Of a stretch of DNA of 21,579 nt, positions 19,086 to 21,579 are shown piece by piece. Under the pieces are notes generated by a model. That model had not been told where the DNA came from. It was given only the letters and a program-made list of their open reading frames with translations, and did no database searches. The DNA is from an uncultured Verrucomicrobiae bacterium. GTDB lineage: Bacteria; Verrucomicrobiota; Verrucomicrobiia; Limisphaerales; JAFGQR01. Where the stretch lies: NCBI GenBank assembly GCA_963788655.1, contig CAWBHS010000085.1:1-21579 (forward strand). Reading direction: 5' to 3'. A program made the translations under genes and the position numbers. Positions within the stretch are counted from its first letter, which is position 1, and every line of letters begins with the position of its first letter.

Positions 19086-20522
19086 ATGGCTAACGCAAGT
19101 CAAAGCTTTCTGTTTGAGGATTTGGGACCGCGGCGCGTGCAAGCCGATTTCTCTGGCGGCACCCTCTCCACCGACGCCGGCGCGTTGCTCCTGCGCCAGG
19201 TCGATCGGAGCCTCGGGTTGAGCGCCGAACTGGCCCGTTGCTTTGCCGACGGGCGCAATCCGATCTGGGTGGACCATTCAGTGCCGGAGTTGTTGTGTCA
19301 GCGCCTCTTCGGCGTGGCGCTGGGCTACGAGGACCTCAATGATCATCAACGCTTGCGCTTGGACCCGCTGCTGGCCGCGGCCTGCGGCAAGACTGATCCG
19401 CTGGGGGAACAGCGGGTGTTGCCCCAACATCGGGGCATCGCGCTGGCGGGTCCCGCGACGCTCAACCGCCTGGAGTTGTCGAATAACAAACAGACCCGCT
19501 GCCACAAATTGCCCCACAACCCCGCCCAGATCGAAGCGTGCCTGCTGAAAATGGGGACGCGTTGCCTGCCCAAACACGCCACGGAGGTGGTGGTGGATTT
19601 GGATGCGATGGGGCATCGGCTCCACGGCTTGCAGGAGGGGCGGCATTTCAACGCCTACTATGACGATTATTGTTATCTGCCGCTCTACGCGTTTGTCGGG
19701 GACTTCCCGTTGTGGGCGCAACTGCGCACCGCCGAGCACGAGGCGGCGCATGGGGCGGTGCCCGCACTGGAGAAGATCGTGGCGGCCATCCGGCAACGGT
19801 GCCGCAAGGCGCGGATCATCATTCGCGGGGACAGCGGGTTTGGCCGGGAGGAGATCATGGCCTGGTGTGAGAGTCAACGAGAGGTGTACTACTGCCTGGG
19901 CTTGGCCAAGAACCCGGTGCTGATTGAGAAGCTGGGGCCGGCGCTGGCCCAGGCGCGGGCGCGCCACTGTCTGAGCGGGGCCGAGCGCGTGCGGGAGTTC
20001 ACCGAGTTTCGGTATCGGACACGCAAGAGTTGGAGTCGGGAGCGCCGGGTCATTGGCAAGGCGGAGGTGATGCGGGAGGGGGAAAATCCGCGCTTCATCG
20101 TGACCAATTTACCGGCCAACGGGTTTAAAAAGGAACGGGACAAGACGCGCTTCTGTCCGGCGCGGCTCTACGAAGAACTCTATTGCGCGCGGGGGGATAT
20201 GGAAAACAAACTCAAGCAGCAGGTGTTGGATTTGCAGGCCGACCGGATGAGCACGCACCATCTGGCCAGCAATCAGTTTCGGCTGTGGGAGGCGATGTTC
20301 GCTTACCTGTTGTTGGAGCGGTTGCGCACGCTGGGGCTGAAGGGAACGGAGTTGGAGCGAGCGACGGCGGGAAGTCTGCGGTTGAAACTGTTGAAGATCG
20401 CCGCCCAAGTGCAAGTGAGCGTGCGGCGCGTCTATGTGCAAATGAGCAGCGCCTTCCCACTGCCAGAGCTCTTTGCCCTTTGCCACCGGCGGCTGATGCG
20501 GCTGTCGTCCCCGGCGGGTTAA
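19086..20522 (+). CDS. IS1380-family DDE transposase
   Basis: DFSGGTLSTDAGALLL, GYEDLNDH..LRLDP, VDLDA, IRGDSGF, YCARGDMENKLKQ, NQFRL; intact 478 aa. Confidence 0.95.
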   Translation: MANASQSFLFEDLGPRRVQADFSGGTLSTDAGALLLRQVDRSLGLSAELARCFADGRNPIWVDHSVPELLCQRLFGVALGYEDLNDHQRLRLDPLLAAACGKTDPLGEQRVLPQHRGIALAGPATLNRLELSNNKQTRCHKLPHNPAQIEACLLKMGTRCLPKHATEVVVDLDAMGHRLHGLQEGRHFNAYYDDYCYLPLYAFVGDFPLWAQLRTAEHEAAHGAVPALEKIVAAIRQRCRKARIIIRGDSGFGREEIMAWCESQREVYYCLGLAKNPVLIEKLGPALAQARARHCLSGAERVREFTEFRYRTRKSWSRERRVIGKAEVMREGENPRFIVTNLPANGFKKERDKTRFCPARLYEELYCARGDMENKLKQQVLDLQADRMSTHHLASNQFRLWEAMFAYLLLERLRTLGLKGTELERATAGSLRLKLLKIAAQVQVSVRRVYVQMSSAFPLPELFALCHRRLMRLSSPAG

Positions 20523-20713
20523 ATCCAAGCAACGACTTTTGATGAGGCAGCCCTACGGAAGAGGTGTGTACAAAACCGGCCCTAATTTTCAATTTTTAAG
20601 GTTTTAGCGTCCGTATTGTCCATCGTGCGGCAAAAACACCTCCTTGTTGCCGAATTCTGCTCCCCAAATCCGCGCTCGCCCCAAAAATCCGAAGGGCTTA
20701 TGAAATATCCGGG

Positions 20714-21003
20714 TTAGGGTTGCGGCTCCGGGCCTCGATCTTGGAGTTCAGCACCCCTTTCAAATACTGATGGAACGTTCCCTTGGTGTTCGCGTCTTTG
20801 GGCCGCGGACGCCGCGGCCTTTCTTGGTGGCTTCGAGGCCTTGGAGGACACTGAGGAGCGCGGCCTGGACCAGATCCTTGGCCAAGCCCGCTGCCGCTCC
20901 GATTCGAATGAGCCGGCGTTCAGATGTAGCGTTGAAGGTCGGTCAGGTCGGCCTTCGTCAGTTCGGCGAGGCGTTGTTCACACAGGCAGACTGGATTGTC
21001 CAT
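20714..21003 (-). pseudogene. N-terminal fragment of a sigma-70/ECF-like factor, truncated by IS1380
   Basis: Stitched over two frameshifts: DLQRYIERRLIRIG...AKDLVQAALLSVL...TFHQYLKGVLNSKI, resembling sigma region 2. Confidence 0.55.
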
Positions 21004-21129
21004 GCGGTCGCGTTTGGCATGGAATCCGGGGCGGGATGGTGAGATGGCCAGCCGATGTCGGTTGGCGGCTGGGCGGGAGGGGTTGATGTCGAATCCTCTG
21101 AGTGGCGGCGGTGAGCAACCGGACGACGC

Positions 21130-21504
21130 GAGTGTCCCACTCCCGCCGGCACAGGTCTCCTTGGTTATTGAACGCGTGCTTCCGGACATTCCGTCTCCAA
21201 CCACCCCATGCGCCCCCGTCTTCCGGCAATGCTTCCTGCTCCGGGCGGGCTTGGCCTCCGATTCGCTTTCGTCGCTATCGGCGGTTCTTCGGATTTCGTT
21301 CATTGCTCGCAGTCTCATCAGTCGCATGAAGCCGTATCGAGTTCGTGTCGAGGGGCCATACGCCCTCAGCTCTACGGACTGTCCGTTCGCTTCCAGTTGC
21401 TCTCCACCTCATGTCGCCACGACGCAGTTACTTTCAGCCATTGGCGGGAAGCTCCGCCAAAGAGGGACTTCCACCCTCCTATGCACGTTGCCTCCCAAGC
21501 GCAC
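21130..21504 (-). ncRNA. group II intron, 5' portion only (domain I region); no RT ORF or domain V seen
   Basis: Starts GTGCGCTTGGGAGGCAACGTGCATAGGAGGGTGGAAGTCCCTCT (GUGYG 5' consensus); contains GAAAGTAACTGCGTCG, GGAAGCGAAC and AACCAAGGAGACCT. 3' limit approximate. Confidence 0.75.
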
Positions 21505-21579
21505 AAGCGCGGCGTTCCGCCGCTTCACCGTCCTATCCCGCAAGCCGCTGGTTGGCCTTGGGTGCTTGAAGCGCCCTAA

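Larger units (their letters stand above)
18735..20713 (+). mobile_element. IS1380-family insertion sequence (~1.98 kb)
   Basis: 17-bp terminal inverted repeats CCTGGATATTTCATAAG (18735-18751) and CTTATGAAATATCCGGG (20697-20713), 16/17 match; flanked by CTAG and TTAG. Confidence 0.92.

Overview
Mosaic, high-GC accessory region; the lamin-tail/Ig gene and heptamer repeats suggest a PVC-superphylum (Verrucomicrobia-like) host, by inference. Left to right: (1) 1-6700, a minus-strand phage head module: DUF4055-type portal, an antisense parDE toxin-antitoxin pair, scaffold, frameshifted major capsid, and a frameshifted LamG + metallophosphoesterase gene that runs off the left edge. (2) ~7200-8760, a ~1.5 kb stretch with no credible ORF, packed with long nested inverted repeats, lying where a terminase would normally be. 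(3) 9014-12256, plus-strand cargo with two nucleotidyltransferase modules. (4) ~12300-14235, a second ~2 kb non-coding stretch with nested long-range complementarity and a recurring motif, followed by five iteron-like repeats. (5) 14474-~17080, a mobilisation-like module: RHH-type genes plus an HUH relaxase-like gene. (6) A doubly truncated lamin-tail/Ig gene, a complete IS1380 carrying a divergent AbrB-like gene, a truncated sigma-70/ECF-like gene, and the 5' part of a group II intron. Many genes carry indels, so sequencing error cannot be separated from decay. All family calls are from motif recognition, not database searches.
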